Shown: positions 28,970 to 40,100 of the stretch, piece after piece
How the letters are laid out: every line of letters begins with the position of its first letter
Position numbering within the stretch: position 1 is the first letter of the stretch
Origin: an uncultured bacterium
Lineage (GTDB): Bacteria; Krumholzibacteriota; Krumholzibacteriia; LZORAL124-64-63
Assembly: GCA_963727525.1 (NCBI GenBank)
Contig: CAVSGO010000005.1
Coordinates: 320,001-384,000 of the forward strand
Length of the DNA: 64,000 nt
Direction: 5' to 3'
Position numbers and translations under genes: made by a program
The notes under the pieces: generated by a model
What the model was told of the DNA's origin: nothing
Databases searched by the model: none
The model's input: the letters and a program-made list of their open reading frames with translations, nothing else

Positions 28970-30219
28970 CAGTCGCCCTGCCCGCGCGGGTGGCACTGGT
29001 AGCAGGCCGTGCTCACATACTGATAGTTGTTGACTTCCCGATGATCACGATCGGTATCCGTCTGATTGTGTTCGTGACAGAAGATACACTCGAACACCGT
29101 GTAGTCCGTCGCCACGACGTGGCAATCGGCGCAAACGTTCCACTCGTTGCGATGCCTACCGCTGTAGATCGGGAACAGTGTGTCGTGATCCCAGTTCGCG
29201 GGTTGCCAGGCCGTCGTGGTGTGGCACGTCGCGCAGGTGGTCGGAAAGTTCGACGCCGTGTGCGGCGGGTCGTTGGTCTGCTGGAAGTCGGTCTGGTGGC
29301 ACGCGTAGCAGCCGGTGGGCGTACCCGTGTAGCCGCTCGTGTGGCATGAGGCGCATTCGGTGGTGCGGTGCGCGCCCGTCAGCGGGAACGCCGTGGCATC
29401 GTGATCGAAGGTGGCCGGCTGCCAGGCGTTGATCGTATGGCAGTTCGTGCAGCTCGTGGCGAAGCCCGCGGCCACGTGCGCCGGGTCCGTCGTCTGCTCG
29501 TAGTCGGTACGATGGCACGCGTAGCAATCGGTTGGAGTGCCGGCGAAGCCGCTGGTGTGGCAGCGCGCGCATTCCACACCCGCGTGTCCACCCGAGAGGG
29601 GGAACGACGACGGATGGTGGAAATCACGCGATCCCCACGAGGTGGCGAAGACGCCGTGGCAAACGCGGCAATCGGTGCCGAAACCGGCGCTCGCATGTGC
29701 CGGCGCGGTGGTCGCCGCGTAAACGTCGGCATGGCACGTGTAGCAGTCGGTGGGCGTGCCCACGTAGTCGTCGCCCGGGGCGCCGCGATGGCAGGCCTCG
29801 CAATCGACACGTTCATGCACGCCGACGAGCGGCATCGACGTGCCGTCGTGCAGTCGTCGCATACGCTCGCGGTCGATGAAGCCCGTCGTGGCGTGGCAGT
29901 GCGCGCAGTCCGGCCCCAGCCGCCCGCGATGGGCGTCGGCGTGGCAGTCGACGCAGCTCGTCCCCACGTGGGAGAACACGAGGTCGCCGTGGCAGGCGCG
30001 GCACTGCACATCCTTGTGGCGTCCCGTCAGGGGAAATCCCGTCGTTCCGTGGTCGAATCCCGCGGGTCGGCCCGTGATGCGCCAGGACGCCTCGACATGG
30101 CAGGTGGCACAATCCAGATCGGCATTGCCGTGAGGGTTGTCCTGGGCACGCGCCTCGACCCCCATCAGGGCGAGGGCAGTCAGCGCGAGCAGGCTCGAGG
30201 TCGACAAGCGACGACTCAT
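28969..30219 (-). CDS. Multiheme c-type cytochrome, 16 CxxCH
   Basis: Signal peptide; 16 CxxCH counted; repeated FDH...FPL.G.H units. Confidence 0.93.
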   Translation of the reverse strand: MSRRLSTSSLLALTALALMGVEARAQDNPHGNADLDCATCHVEASWRITGRPAGFDHGTTGFPLTGRHKDVQCRACHGDLVFSHVGTSCVDCHADAHRGRLGPDCAHCHATTGFIDRERMRRLHDGTSMPLVGVHERVDCEACHRGAPGDDYVGTPTDCYTCHADVYAATTAPAHASAGFGTDCRVCHGVFATSWGSRDFHHPSSFPLSGGHAGVECARCHTSGFAGTPTDCYACHRTDYEQTTDPAHVAAGFATSCTNCHTINAWQPATFDHDATAFPLTGAHRTTECASCHTSGYTGTPTGCYACHQTDFQQTNDPPHTASNFPTTCATCHTTTAWQPANWDHDTLFPIYSGRHRNEWNVCADCHVVATDYTVFECIFCHEHNQTDTDRDHREVNNYQYVSTACYQCHPRGQGD

Positions 30220-31928
30220 GGCGTCTCCTTCCCGGCGGGAACCTTCGCCCCGTGGCACGCCGCACATGTGGTTGGAAGCGGCTTGAACGTGAGTGCGTGA
30301 CCCGGTTCTCGCGGCTCATGGCAACCCGTGCAGGCCACCTTCTCGTGGCCGCCGCGCAGCGCAAAACGGCTGTCGCGATCGTGATCGAATCTCTCGGCCA
30401 GCCAGTCCGCGGGGACATGGCAGCGGTCGCAGGTCGTCCGCCCCTCGGCGTCGGCGAGCTGGCCGTCATGGATGTCGGCGTGGCAGGTGGCGCAGGTACG
30501 CGACGCCCCCGTGTCGCCGAGGATCCAATCCCTGCCCTCGCCCCGCGGATGGCATGCGCGGCACGCCACCTGCGCATGGCGCCCCGTCAGGTCGAAGCCC
30601 ACGCCGGTGTGGACGAAGGCGACCTGGCGCCAGCTCCCCTCGTCATGGCAGGTCGTACATCCGGTCACAGCCGCGAGCTTCTGCGTTCGCTCGCCGTGCG
30701 GGTCCCGATGACAGTCGGTGCACGATCCGTGTGGGGGGAGCAGCTCGGCGGCGTGTGTCCCGGCTCGCGGCTGGTGGCAAGCGACGCAGGCCACGGCGAG
30801 ATGGGCGCCGCGCAGGGGAAACGCCGTGCTGTCGTGGCGCGCCACGGTGAAAGTCGCACGTGCGTAGTCGGCCACCGTATGGCAGTCGGCGCACGCGAGC
30901 AGGTCGGCCCTTCCCCGAGCCTTCACGCCGTGATCGTCGCGATGGCAATTCACGCAACGCGCGAAGGCGGGCCGCCGCCTGTCGCCGCCATGGCACGCAT
31001 TGCAGGACAGGCCCGCGTGGCGGCCGCGCAGCGGATATCGCGTGCGATCGTGGTCGAATGTGCTGCCCTCGATCTGGCGCCATCCAGCGGTCACATGGCA
31101 ACTACTGCAGTTCGGACCGAGCGCCCCGGCATGGGCATCCCTGTGGCAGCTCGTGCACTGCGTGGCGGCCACGCCCGCATACTTCCGCCGGGGCGCGCCA
31201 CCCTGGCGTGCGGCGGGCTGCAGCGTGTGGCAGGAATCGCACGCCGCCGACGCATGACGCCCCGTGAGAGGAAATCCGGTCTTCGCGTGATCGAACCGGG
31301 CGGCGGGTTTCCAGGCCTGCGTATCGTGACACTCGGTGCAAACCTGCCGGAACTGCCCTGCGTGGGGATCCTGATGGCAGGCCGCGCAAGCCGTGGCCAG
31401 CCCGAGGAACGTGCGGGTCAGGTCCTTGCCCATCGCGCGCCAGCGCGCCGGTTCCTGGATGTGCGACGGCATATGGCAGTCGCGGCATTTCAGTGTGGCG
31501 TGACGCCCGGTGAGCGAGAACCCCGTCGTCCCGTGGTCGAAGGCCTCCCGCCCGCCCTCCCAGTAGACGAGATCGTAATCCACGCCCTGATGCTCGACGT
31601 GACAATCGGCGCAGCGAGAAAACCTCGCCTCGCGGTGCAATCCCGGCCCGCCGGCACGCATGGCGGCGATCGCCTCGTGGCATGCGAGGCACCGATCGGT
31701 GACCTCGCGACTCCCGAACGTGTGGCAGCGCGAGCATTGCTTGATGCCTTCGAGTTCGCTGTGGAACCGGCTGAGCGGGCCCGGAGAGAGCTGCGCCCAG
31801 GCAGACCCGGATACGGGCAGAACCAGCACTAAAGCCAGCGCTGATCCAATATAAAGGCATCTTGTCGCATTTTGCGGACGGTAGTAAATGATGCTGTTTC
31901 CTCGCCATCCGAGGATTCGGGGAATCAT
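30216..31928 (-). CDS. Multiheme c-type cytochrome, 20 CxxCH
   Basis: ATG overlapping upstream TGA; AQLSPGPLS..H; 20 CxxCH counted. Confidence 0.92.
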   Translation of the reverse strand: MIPRILGWRGNSIIYYRPQNATRCLYIGSALALVLVLPVSGSAWAQLSPGPLSRFHSELEGIKQCSRCHTFGSREVTDRCLACHEAIAAMRAGGPGLHREARFSRCADCHVEHQGVDYDLVYWEGGREAFDHGTTGFSLTGRHATLKCRDCHMPSHIQEPARWRAMGKDLTRTFLGLATACAACHQDPHAGQFRQVCTECHDTQAWKPAARFDHAKTGFPLTGRHASAACDSCHTLQPAARQGGAPRRKYAGVAATQCTSCHRDAHAGALGPNCSSCHVTAGWRQIEGSTFDHDRTRYPLRGRHAGLSCNACHGGDRRRPAFARCVNCHRDDHGVKARGRADLLACADCHTVADYARATFTVARHDSTAFPLRGAHLAVACVACHQPRAGTHAAELLPPHGSCTDCHRDPHGERTQKLAAVTGCTTCHDEGSWRQVAFVHTGVGFDLTGRHAQVACRACHPRGEGRDWILGDTGASRTCATCHADIHDGQLADAEGRTTCDRCHVPADWLAERFDHDRDSRFALRGGHEKVACTGCHEPREPGHALTFKPLPTTCAACHGAKVPAGKETP

Positions 31929-32797
31929 AATCTCCACGTGTATCCCAGGGCGACAGCGACCGTGACATGCACGATCATGACCAGGATCATGATGAAAGCA
32001 AAGGGTTTGTGCAGTACGTGCCACCAATGGAAGAGGTCCCGGACGAGGTTGAAGAAGAACATACGGCGCGAGAGCAACACCCACCGACGTGCCGTGGCGA
32101 ATCCGCGTGGTCCCAGGTCCATCCCAATTCCTAGTAACCAAGTTCGCAATTGTCGGGCCAACGTGGCATTGACGAATGGCAGACTCAGGAGGGCGAGAAT
32201 GGACGGACGGCCCTCCAGCTGGCCCATTGCCACCCGCTCGAGTCCGGCAAGGGCCCGGTCATCCATCCCGTGCTCGGTGGACAGCGCCACGAGCATCGAC
32301 TCGCCGCGCTCTTCGACCTCGGACAGGGTCAACGCGTCTCCGAGCACGTTGCGCGGGATCTGCTGGTAGAGAAACCGCCCGATGACCCCGCTCGCGGCCA
32401 CGGCGATCATCGACCAGTAGCTGACGGCCACGAGGCCATCCACCTTGAACGCCGTGTGCAGGGTGATCAGCACCGGCCCCGCGACACCAAGGAAAATATG
32501 ATACCGCAACCAGATACGCAGATTGCCCCAGTGTTGCATAGCGCGCACGCGCTTGCGCAGCGAGTACAGCAGCAAGAGCAGGATCATCGCGCTGCCGATG
32601 ATGCCCAGCCCGTGCCCCACGTCGCCGGCGGAGCGATAAAGGAGGTAGCCGGAACTCCGTGGCCGCTCGAGAAGAGGCGTCCGGTAGTAGTCGAAGGCGT
32701 GCCAGACGGTATGGAAGACGACGAGCCCGACGGCCAGGCTCAGGATCGCGATGATCGTCCGATGAACGATGTCCGCGGTTCGGTTCATGCTTCGCAT
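31925..32797 (-). CDS. Inner membrane protein, putative heme-b (ferric-reductase-like TM) subunit
   Basis: About 5-6 TM helices; LYSLRKR, WLRYHIFLG, LHT, WHVLH, IVHV. Confidence 0.7.
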   Translation of the reverse strand: MRSMNRTADIVHRTIIAILSLAVGLVVFHTVWHAFDYYRTPLLERPRSSGYLLYRSAGDVGHGLGIIGSAMILLLLLYSLRKRVRAMQHWGNLRIWLRYHIFLGVAGPVLITLHTAFKVDGLVAVSYWSMIAVAASGVIGRFLYQQIPRNVLGDALTLSEVEERGESMLVALSTEHGMDDRALAGLERVAMGQLEGRPSILALLSLPFVNATLARQLRTWLLGIGMDLGPRGFATARRWVLLSRRMFFFNLVRDLFHWWHVLHKPFAFIMILVMIVHVTVAVALGYTWRL

Positions 32798-32901
32798 TGC
32801 TCCCGACGTTCACCCCCGGCACCAGGTCGGGAGCGGGAATCCGCATCGCAAGCATCGGACCGACTAAAGAGATCTTGAGCTTCAACTGCCAATCGACGCG
32901 C

Positions 32902-34053
32902 CTATTCGCGGATCGCCCCCGCGACGCCGATGTCCCCCGGGTTCGACACGATGGCCCCGACATCCAGCCCTCGCCGCACAATCTGGTAGACTCGCTCGGT
33001 GGCCACCACCTGGGCCTCGTGGGTGAAGCAGGCTGCGACCCTGACACGGCCGCGGGCGCCGAGTTCCAGCCGCAGCGCTCGATCGGAGAGGATCCGACGC
33101 AGGGCGCGGGCAAGGGCTCGCGCGTCGTCGGGAGGCACGAGCAGGCCCTCGCGGCCATCGCGGATGATCTCCCGGCTGCCGCCCGACACCGTGGCCACGA
33201 CCGGGACACCACGGGCCAGCGCCTCGATGGTGACCAGCCCGAAGGGCTCCGCGCGGGAAGGCACCACCTGCACATCGAACGCCGCCGACAACCGGTCCGC
33301 GCCATGCCGGTAACCGAGGAAGCACGCCACGTCGTTCAGTCCGAGACGTGCCACGAGGCCCTCGAGCTCCCGCCGGTAGGCGCCGCCGCAGGAATCGGCG
33401 CCCACGATCGCCAGGCGCAGGCCAGGCAGGAGCCCATGGATTGCCGCCACGGCCTCGACGAGCGTCGCCACCCCCTTGCTCGGGCACAGTCGCCCCACGT
33501 AGCCGATCACGAGGTCGTCCGCTGCGAGGCCGAGTTCGGCGCGTATTGCCGCCGGAGCCACCACAGGCGGGGTCCCGACGCCATTGGGAATGGTGACGAC
33601 GCGGCACGCCGGCCATCGCGTGGCCAGCAGACCGTCGCTCACGGCCTGGCTCACGGCGATCATGGCGCGCACGCGGTGCAGGAATGGGGCCTTGAGACGC
33701 GGAAAGGCGATCGGTTCCAGCCGGTGCCGGGTGCCGACGAGCGCGCTGGGCATGCCCAGCGTGGCCATGGCGGCCATGTAGTAGTCTCGGGGGCTGTGTG
33801 CGTGCAGGATATCCGGCTGCAACCGGCGCAGGGCACGCCGCAGCGCGAACATGCCCCAGGGCTCGTACCAGTCGCGGAGCCGGATCGTGCTCGTAGCCAC
33901 CCCGGCCGCCGCCAGTTCACGCGCCAGGGCGCTACCCGGCATGGCGATGACATGCACCACGTGGCCCCGGTCGCGCAGCGCCACGGCGAGATCGCGAAGG
34001 TGCACCTCGCCGCCGTAGAAGGCTCGCTGGGAACTCAGATGTACGATACGCAT
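32902..34053 (-). CDS. Glycosyltransferase family 4
   Basis: GGE, YVGRL...KG, EPFGLVTIEALARGVPVV. Confidence 0.93.
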   Translation of the reverse strand: MRIVHLSSQRAFYGGEVHLRDLAVALRDRGHVVHVIAMPGSALARELAAAGVATSTIRLRDWYEPWGMFALRRALRRLQPDILHAHSPRDYYMAAMATLGMPSALVGTRHRLEPIAFPRLKAPFLHRVRAMIAVSQAVSDGLLATRWPACRVVTIPNGVGTPPVVAPAAIRAELGLAADDLVIGYVGRLCPSKGVATLVEAVAAIHGLLPGLRLAIVGADSCGGAYRRELEGLVARLGLNDVACFLGYRHGADRLSAAFDVQVVPSRAEPFGLVTIEALARGVPVVATVSGGSREIIRDGREGLLVPPDDARALARALRRILSDRALRLELGARGRVRVAACFTHEAQVVATERVYQIVRRGLDVGAIVSNPGDIGVAGAIRE

Positions 34054-34230
34054 GAGTCGACAATATGCCTCAATGAACGCCGCGCGCGGCCGAAAACCAC
34101 GGCATCTCTCCCGAAATTGACAGTCCGGGAATCATAGACTAGCGTGGCCCAAGCCACCATCGGGAAGATCCCTACCTCGCTCGCGTCCTGCAACGTCACG
34201 GCCACAGGCCGCACAGGATCGGGAGGCCCC

Positions 34231-35787
34231 ATGTTCGTCGCTGTCATTCGCCGCCATCGGTGGTTGCCGCTGCTGCTCTTGCTGGGCTTGATGCTGCTCT
34301 GCAGCTTGCCCATCGCCGCACTTGCCGCCCCGCACTCGTCGGCACAACCGACGACCGAGGCCGACGTGTCGTTGCCGCTGGACACCGAGCACGCGGGACT
34401 CCACGTCGACCCGGTGGGCAAGATGCCGCTATGGACGTGCCTGCCATTCGTGGGCATCCTCCTGAGCATCGCGATCTTTCCCCTCGTGGCCCCGCATTTC
34501 TGGCACCGCCACTTTCCCAAGGTGAGCGCCTTCTGGGCCCTGCTATTCGCCATACCCTTCGTGTTCGTGCTGAAGGAGGCGGCGTGGCAGTCGATCATCC
34601 ACATCTACCTGATCGACTACATCCCATTCATCATCCTGCTCTGGTCGCTGTTCACGATCAGTGGCGGCATCGTACTCGAGGGCGACCTGCGCGGCACGCC
34701 GGGCGCGAACCTGGTCGTGCTCGCCATCGGGACCTTCCTTGCGTCCTGGATCGGCACGACCGGCGCGGCCATGCTCATGATCCGGCCCATCCTGCGCGCG
34801 AACGCCTGGCGCCGCAGCCAGGTACACATCGTCTGCTTCTTCATCTTCCTGGTGGCGAACGTTGGCGGTAGTCTCACGCCGCTCGGCGACCCGCCGCTGT
34901 TTCTCGGCTTCCTGCACGGGGTGCCGTTCTTCTGGGTCACCCGCGGCCTCTTCGAGCATCTGCTCGTCACGGCCGGGATCCTGCTCATCATCTTCTACCT
35001 CGTCGATCGGCGCGCGTACCGGCTCGAGCCCGACAAGCCCGTCGCCACAGCCGGCAAGGGCGCCGGCATCCGGCTGCGCGGCACGCACAACTTCCTGTTC
35101 CTGCTGGGTGTGATGGCCGGCGTGGTCTTCTCCGGCAGCGGCGCGGCGAAGGCCATGCCCATCATCCCGATCTACGGCCACGTGGCGGTGCCTCTGGCCA
35201 ACTGGATCAAGGACGTCGTGCTCATCCTCATGGGTGTGCTCAGCCTCGCGACCACGCGCAAGGATCTGCGGGTGGCCAACGGCTTCAACTGGGAACCGAT
35301 CAAGGAAGTCGCCTACCTGTTCGCAGGCATCTTCATGACGATCATCCCGGCCCTGGCGATCCTCAAGGCCGGCACCGAGGGCGCCCTGGCCGGTCTGGTG
35401 ACGGCCGTGCAACATCCGTGGCAGTACTTCTGGGTCGCCGGCGGTCTCTCGTCGTTCCTCGATAACGCGCCCACCTATCTCACGTTCTTCAACGCGGCGC
35501 TCGGTCAGATCGGCGCCGACGAGTCGCAGGTGGCCGGCATGCTGGGCCACGGGGCCGAGATGCTGCGCAATCCGGCGTTCATCAAGACGCTGACGGCGAT
35601 CAGCGCCGGCGCGGTGTTCATGGGTGCCAATACCTACATCGGCAATGCCCCGAACTTCATGGTCAAATCCATCGCCGAGGAGTCGGGCGTCCCCATGCCG
35701 AGCTTCTTCGGCTACATGATCAAGTACTCGTTGGTCTACCTTGTCCCGGTGTTCGTCCTCGTGACGCTGGTCTTCTTCATCTTCTAA
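34231..35787 (+). CDS. Putative Na+/H+ antiporter (IT superfamily)
   Basis: Multi-TM; IGTTGA, ANVGGSLTPLGDPPLFLG, SSFLDNAPTY, YIGNAPNFMV. Confidence 0.88.
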   Translation: MFVAVIRRHRWLPLLLLLGLMLLCSLPIAALAAPHSSAQPTTEADVSLPLDTEHAGLHVDPVGKMPLWTCLPFVGILLSIAIFPLVAPHFWHRHFPKVSAFWALLFAIPFVFVLKEAAWQSIIHIYLIDYIPFIILLWSLFTISGGIVLEGDLRGTPGANLVVLAIGTFLASWIGTTGAAMLMIRPILRANAWRRSQVHIVCFFIFLVANVGGSLTPLGDPPLFLGFLHGVPFFWVTRGLFEHLLVTAGILLIIFYLVDRRAYRLEPDKPVATAGKGAGIRLRGTHNFLFLLGVMAGVVFSGSGAAKAMPIIPIYGHVAVPLANWIKDVVLILMGVLSLATTRKDLRVANGFNWEPIKEVAYLFAGIFMTIIPALAILKAGTEGALAGLVTAVQHPWQYFWVAGGLSSFLDNAPTYLTFFNAALGQIGADESQVAGMLGHGAEMLRNPAFIKTLTAISAGAVFMGANTYIGNAPNFMVKSIAEESGVPMPSFFGYMIKYSLVYLVPVFVLVTLVFFIF

Positions 35788-35798
35788 GGAGTGCCGAG

Positions 35799-36410
35799 AT
35801 GACCTCGAATCAGCCCGCACCTACCACCACCCCGACCTTCAGCGAGGTGACCCTCAAGGGCTCGCCGAAAGTGGTACGCGGCTTTCTGGCCGGCGTCGCC
35901 CTCGGCAGCGGCGAGTGCCTGCCCTACTGGTTCCATCACGACGAGGACATCATCAGCGACTCCGGAGCTTCAACAGCCCACCGTGCCGCGGCTCTGCTGC
36001 ACCTGCAGACCGGGGACGTGCAGTTCGTCGCGACCGGCCCGCTGGTGAAGCTGCTACGCAAGGTGCAGCGCGAGGCGGCGGATCGCGGGATCTGCGAGCT
36101 GAACTCGATCGTGAAGATCAAGTCGGCGTCGTGCCACCTCAGCTACCGCGCCTTCGCCACCCGCTACGACGAAGAGATCCAGGCGCTCCTGCGCGATCTA
36201 CCGCGGGGCGTGAAGCTGGTCGACGTCGAACGCGAGGTGCACACCGATCCGTCGGCAAAGGGTGTCGAGGCCTACGCGCCGGCACACGACTACGAGGCGC
36301 AGGGCTCCGCGCGGTTGCAGGGACGCTTCGATCTGGTACGAGCGAAGCGGTTACAGCTGCGCGATCATCCCCTCGTCGAGGTCAAGGAACTCGTGCTGGA
36401 ACTCGTCTGA
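35799..36410 (+). CDS. Hypothetical protein
   Basis: AAGGAG RBS, coding-like codon usage, follows the antiporter. Confidence 0.75.
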   Translation: MTSNQPAPTTTPTFSEVTLKGSPKVVRGFLAGVALGSGECLPYWFHHDEDIISDSGASTAHRAAALLHLQTGDVQFVATGPLVKLLRKVQREAADRGICELNSIVKIKSASCHLSYRAFATRYDEEIQALLRDLPRGVKLVDVEREVHTDPSAKGVEAYAPAHDYEAQGSARLQGRFDLVRAKRLQLRDHPLVEVKELVLELV

Positions 36411-36427
36411 AACCAGCTACCCTCATG

Positions 36428-36468
36428 ACGACGCGGCGCAGGATCCTCCCTGCGCCGCGTCGTTTTTT
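36428..36468 (+). terminator. Intrinsic terminator between convergent genes
   Basis: 15-bp stem ACGACGCGGCGCAGG/CCTGCGCCGCGTCGT plus T run. Confidence 0.85.
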
Positions 36469-36483
36469 CGGCAAAATACGAGG

Positions 36484-37095
36484 TCAGTCGAAGAGCGCCT
36501 TGACGTGGCCCCACGAGCTCGGAGCGGCGGCCACAGGCTGGCTGTTGACGCCGAACACCGGCGACGTGAACGCGTCGTTCGCGGAATAGGGCACCATCGA
36601 CTGCAGCACGCCGGCATCGGCGAGATCGATGTACGCCATCTGGCCGGGCAGCGACGGATTCAGATTATTGGGCCGCAGGTAGAGGTTTGTGACACCCGGA
36701 GCACTCAGGAAGGCGAGGGTGATCGAGCAGATCACTACATGGTCATTGGACATCGGGACGCCACTGCCATACCCGATGATCGGGTCATGGTCGGTGCCGA
36801 TGTTGATGAAGGACACGGGTGCGGAAAAATCGATCACGAAGTGACCCGGATCCGGGCTGAAATCCCAGCCGAAGTCGCAGGCCGCCAGCAGGCCCGACGG
36901 CAGGGTCGGGTGATACAGCACGAAGTAGACGGTGAACGGCGTCGTCGCCCCGACGCCGTTGATGAAGTTGTCCGCCGGCGCGTCGGCCGCCGTCAGAACG
37001 CAGAGCACGCCGTCGCCATCGTCCGGAGGCGGCGGTACCGCCAGCGCCGACGTTGCGAGAACCAGGAAGAGCAGGCACGATACCGCGTTGCGCAT
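36484..37095 (-). CDS. Secreted protein with C-terminal SSWGHVKALF motif
   Basis: AAAGGAG RBS; signal peptide MRNAVSCLL..ALA; beta-rich body. Confidence 0.78.
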   Translation of the reverse strand: MRNAVSCLLFLVLATSALAVPPPPDDGDGVLCVLTAADAPADNFINGVGATTPFTVYFVLYHPTLPSGLLAACDFGWDFSPDPGHFVIDFSAPVSFINIGTDHDPIIGYGSGVPMSNDHVVICSITLAFLSAPGVTNLYLRPNNLNPSLPGQMAYIDLADAGVLQSMVPYSANDAFTSPVFGVNSQPVAAAPSSWGHVKALFD

Positions 37096-37166
37096 GAGGT
37101 CTCCTTTCGAGTCTATCGGCGCGCCGCCGTCCATGGCCGGCAGCGCGCCTGATGAAAGACGCCGCG

Positions 37167-40100
37167 CTATTTCAGCAGCAGCATCTTGTTCGTGAGCGTC
37201 TTGCCGTCGGCCACGAGGCGATACACATAGAGGCCGCTGCCCACGGTGCGGCCACTGTCGTCGCGGCCGGTCCAGGTGATGGCATGCCGACCCGCCGGCA
37301 AGACATCGCTGACCAGCGTTGTCACCTTCTGGCCGCGCAGATCGTACACGCCCAGATCCACCCGCTGCGTCCGCGGCACGGAGAAGCGGATCACCGTCTG
37401 CGGATTGAACGGGTTGGGGAAGTTGCCCTCGAGCGCGACCACGGCCGGTACGGCAGCATCCTCGACGGGGGTGGCGCCCTCCGGGAAACCGAGACGCACG
37501 CACCACGAGTTCACCGTGCCGGCGTCGTACGCGCCCGAATCCACGACATGCAATGTCCACACGCCCTGGATGCTCTCGCCCACGAGCGGCGCAAGCAGTT
37601 CGTACGGCGTGAGGTCATCGGGATACCAGCCGACGATGTCGTCGTCGGTGCCGCCCTGGCCGTGGTTGTGCAGCCGCACGACGATGCCCGCCGGGCTGAC
37701 CAGGTCGACATCGAGGTCGCCGATGTACGGATGCGTGATATCCACGTACACCGCGATGTTGCTCAGCTCGCCCTGAGCATTGACGGTGATAGGGCAGGAG
37801 ATACCCGTCGTATTGTTGTCGGGGATCGCCAGTCCGGGATCGTCGCAGAAGTCTTGCGTCACGAACGGCAGGAGAGTGAAGTCCACACCCGTGACGTCGG
37901 CGCCGCTCGGCACGACCACATCGGCCGCCGCGCTCGTGTACCCGTCGCATGTGGCCACCACGTGGTAGGTAGCCGCGAAGAGACCCGGGAACGAATAGTG
38001 GCCGGTACTATCGGTCGTGGTGGTGACGTTCCCTGGAGTCAGCGTGATCACGGCACCGCCATTGTCGCCGCTTCCCGAGAGGTCCACCGCGCCGCTCAGG
38101 GAGCCGTCGCCGACCTCGGGCGTGATCAACCAGTTCACCGCGTTGTGCAAAAGCGCCTTGCGCCCCGCCGTTTCAGCGGCGCTGTAGTTCCACGAGAAGA
38201 ACACGGCCTGGCCGCCCACTGGCGACGAATTCTCGTCGTAACAGATGACGCTGGCGTCGGTCGGGAAGTTGGTCCAGTTGCCGACCATTGCCGCGCCGCT
38301 CGCGGGAATGGCTGCGTCGCTGTCGCCGTAGCCCGAGTAGCTGAGCGTGACCGGGCCCGCGATGAGGTTGGGTACGCTCATCACGTAGTGGTTCGCGTCG
38401 GCCACGCCGACGTGGCCCGCGCTGTCGTGGGTCCAGCTGGCGCAGTGCAGCACTGACTGGAAGAACGTGGCATCGGTGTACTGCATGTCGTACGCCAGTT
38501 CGCCACCCTCGAGAAGCACATGGCCACCGTTCGCCACGAACGCGAGCAGGGCGGAGCGCAGCGTGGCGTCGCTGAGCGGGCTCAGATTGTTGCCACAGGT
38601 GACGATGAGGGCGTCGTACTGGCTCCACGCCACCGGATCGGTGGCCCCTGCAGCCTCCACCGTCGCCGTATAGCCGATGTCCTCGAGATCGGCCACGATC
38701 TCCGCCAGCGAGCGGCAGGGCGGGCTGTCGTAAGCGGGCGCGATGACGTCGCGCTCCTTGTAGAGCTTGGCCGGGAACGACGTCGACTTGGCCGCACCGT
38801 TGTCGTCGATCACCAGGAGATCGCCCTCGGTGGGATCGAGCGCGAAGTCGCGTACCAGGGAGGCCGCGTCCACCGTGACGCCCACGGTCTGCGGAATGCG
38901 GCGATACGCCCGTACCAGGAGCCGGTAGTCGAAGTACGGCAGAGCCGTCGTGGCGTAGGCGCCGGTGGCGGGATCGGTGTTCGTCTCGGCATAGACCGCA
39001 CCGGTGTCGGTACGGATCACCTTCACCGACGCATCCAGGGGCGAACCGTCCTCGCTCGCGGTGATGGTGCCATTCAGGACGCCGGCCGGCGCATTCTCCA
39101 CGGTGATGCCGTGATCGTTGGCGCCATACATCAGGAAGTACGTCTCACTATAGGGCAGATACCCGAATTTCGTGACGTACAGGTCGTAGTCGCCGACCTC
39201 GAGGTCATCGGGCACGGTGTAGGTTCCCGCAGCCGTCGTCGTCAGGTCGAAGAGCGGCGTGCCGCCGGGGTCGCTGCCGGCCACGAAGCCGGTGACGCGC
39301 GCCCCGACGAGCGGCTGGCTCGACCCGTCGAGCACGGTGCCGGCAAGCGTGCCGTAGGCGGCTACGACCGGGATCGTCGTCTCGTACACCTGGTATCCCG
39401 CGCGGACGATCGCCGCCGTCACGTCGCTGAGCTCGGTGGGCGTGACGGCGAGCGTCACCTCGGTGCCCGGATCCGAGGCCATATCGTCCACACCGCCGCC
39501 GTGCACATGCAACGTCAGACCGCTCTCGGCAGCCGACCCGGTCACCGTGCCCTCGAGGTGGGGCGTGAGGCTGCCATCCAGACCGATGCTCGGCACGCCG
39601 GCCGCGATTACCGGGTGGGTCAGCGGCGTGGCGCCGGTGACCGGCAGATCCACACCGAAGATCTCGTATCCCTCGCCCACTTCCTGGCCGTGCACGACCA
39701 GCGTCTCACCGTACTGCGGCGACACGGTGATCTGAACCTGGCCCGCCGCGTTCGTCGTCGCGGGCGCGCTCGTGAAGCCGTAACCGGTGATCCACACCGC
39801 GATGTTGGCCAGGCCGTCGCCCGTGTCCGGGTCGGTGATGGTGACGGTGACGTCTGTGTTCGTGCCCACCGGCACGGTGGCCGGCACCACGGACACGTTC
39901 GCCGGTACCACGGCCTGCAGCGTGGCTTGATAGGTGAGGGTGTTGTAACCGAAGCACGTGAGCGTGACCTCGCCCACTGAGGCGATGGGCATGGCGACAT
40001 CGATGGTCGCATGCCCCGAGGCGTCGCTCACGCCCGTGCCGTGCACCACGCCGTCGGTGTACAGCGTGCAGGTGACGCCGGGAGCGCCGCAATCGACGTC

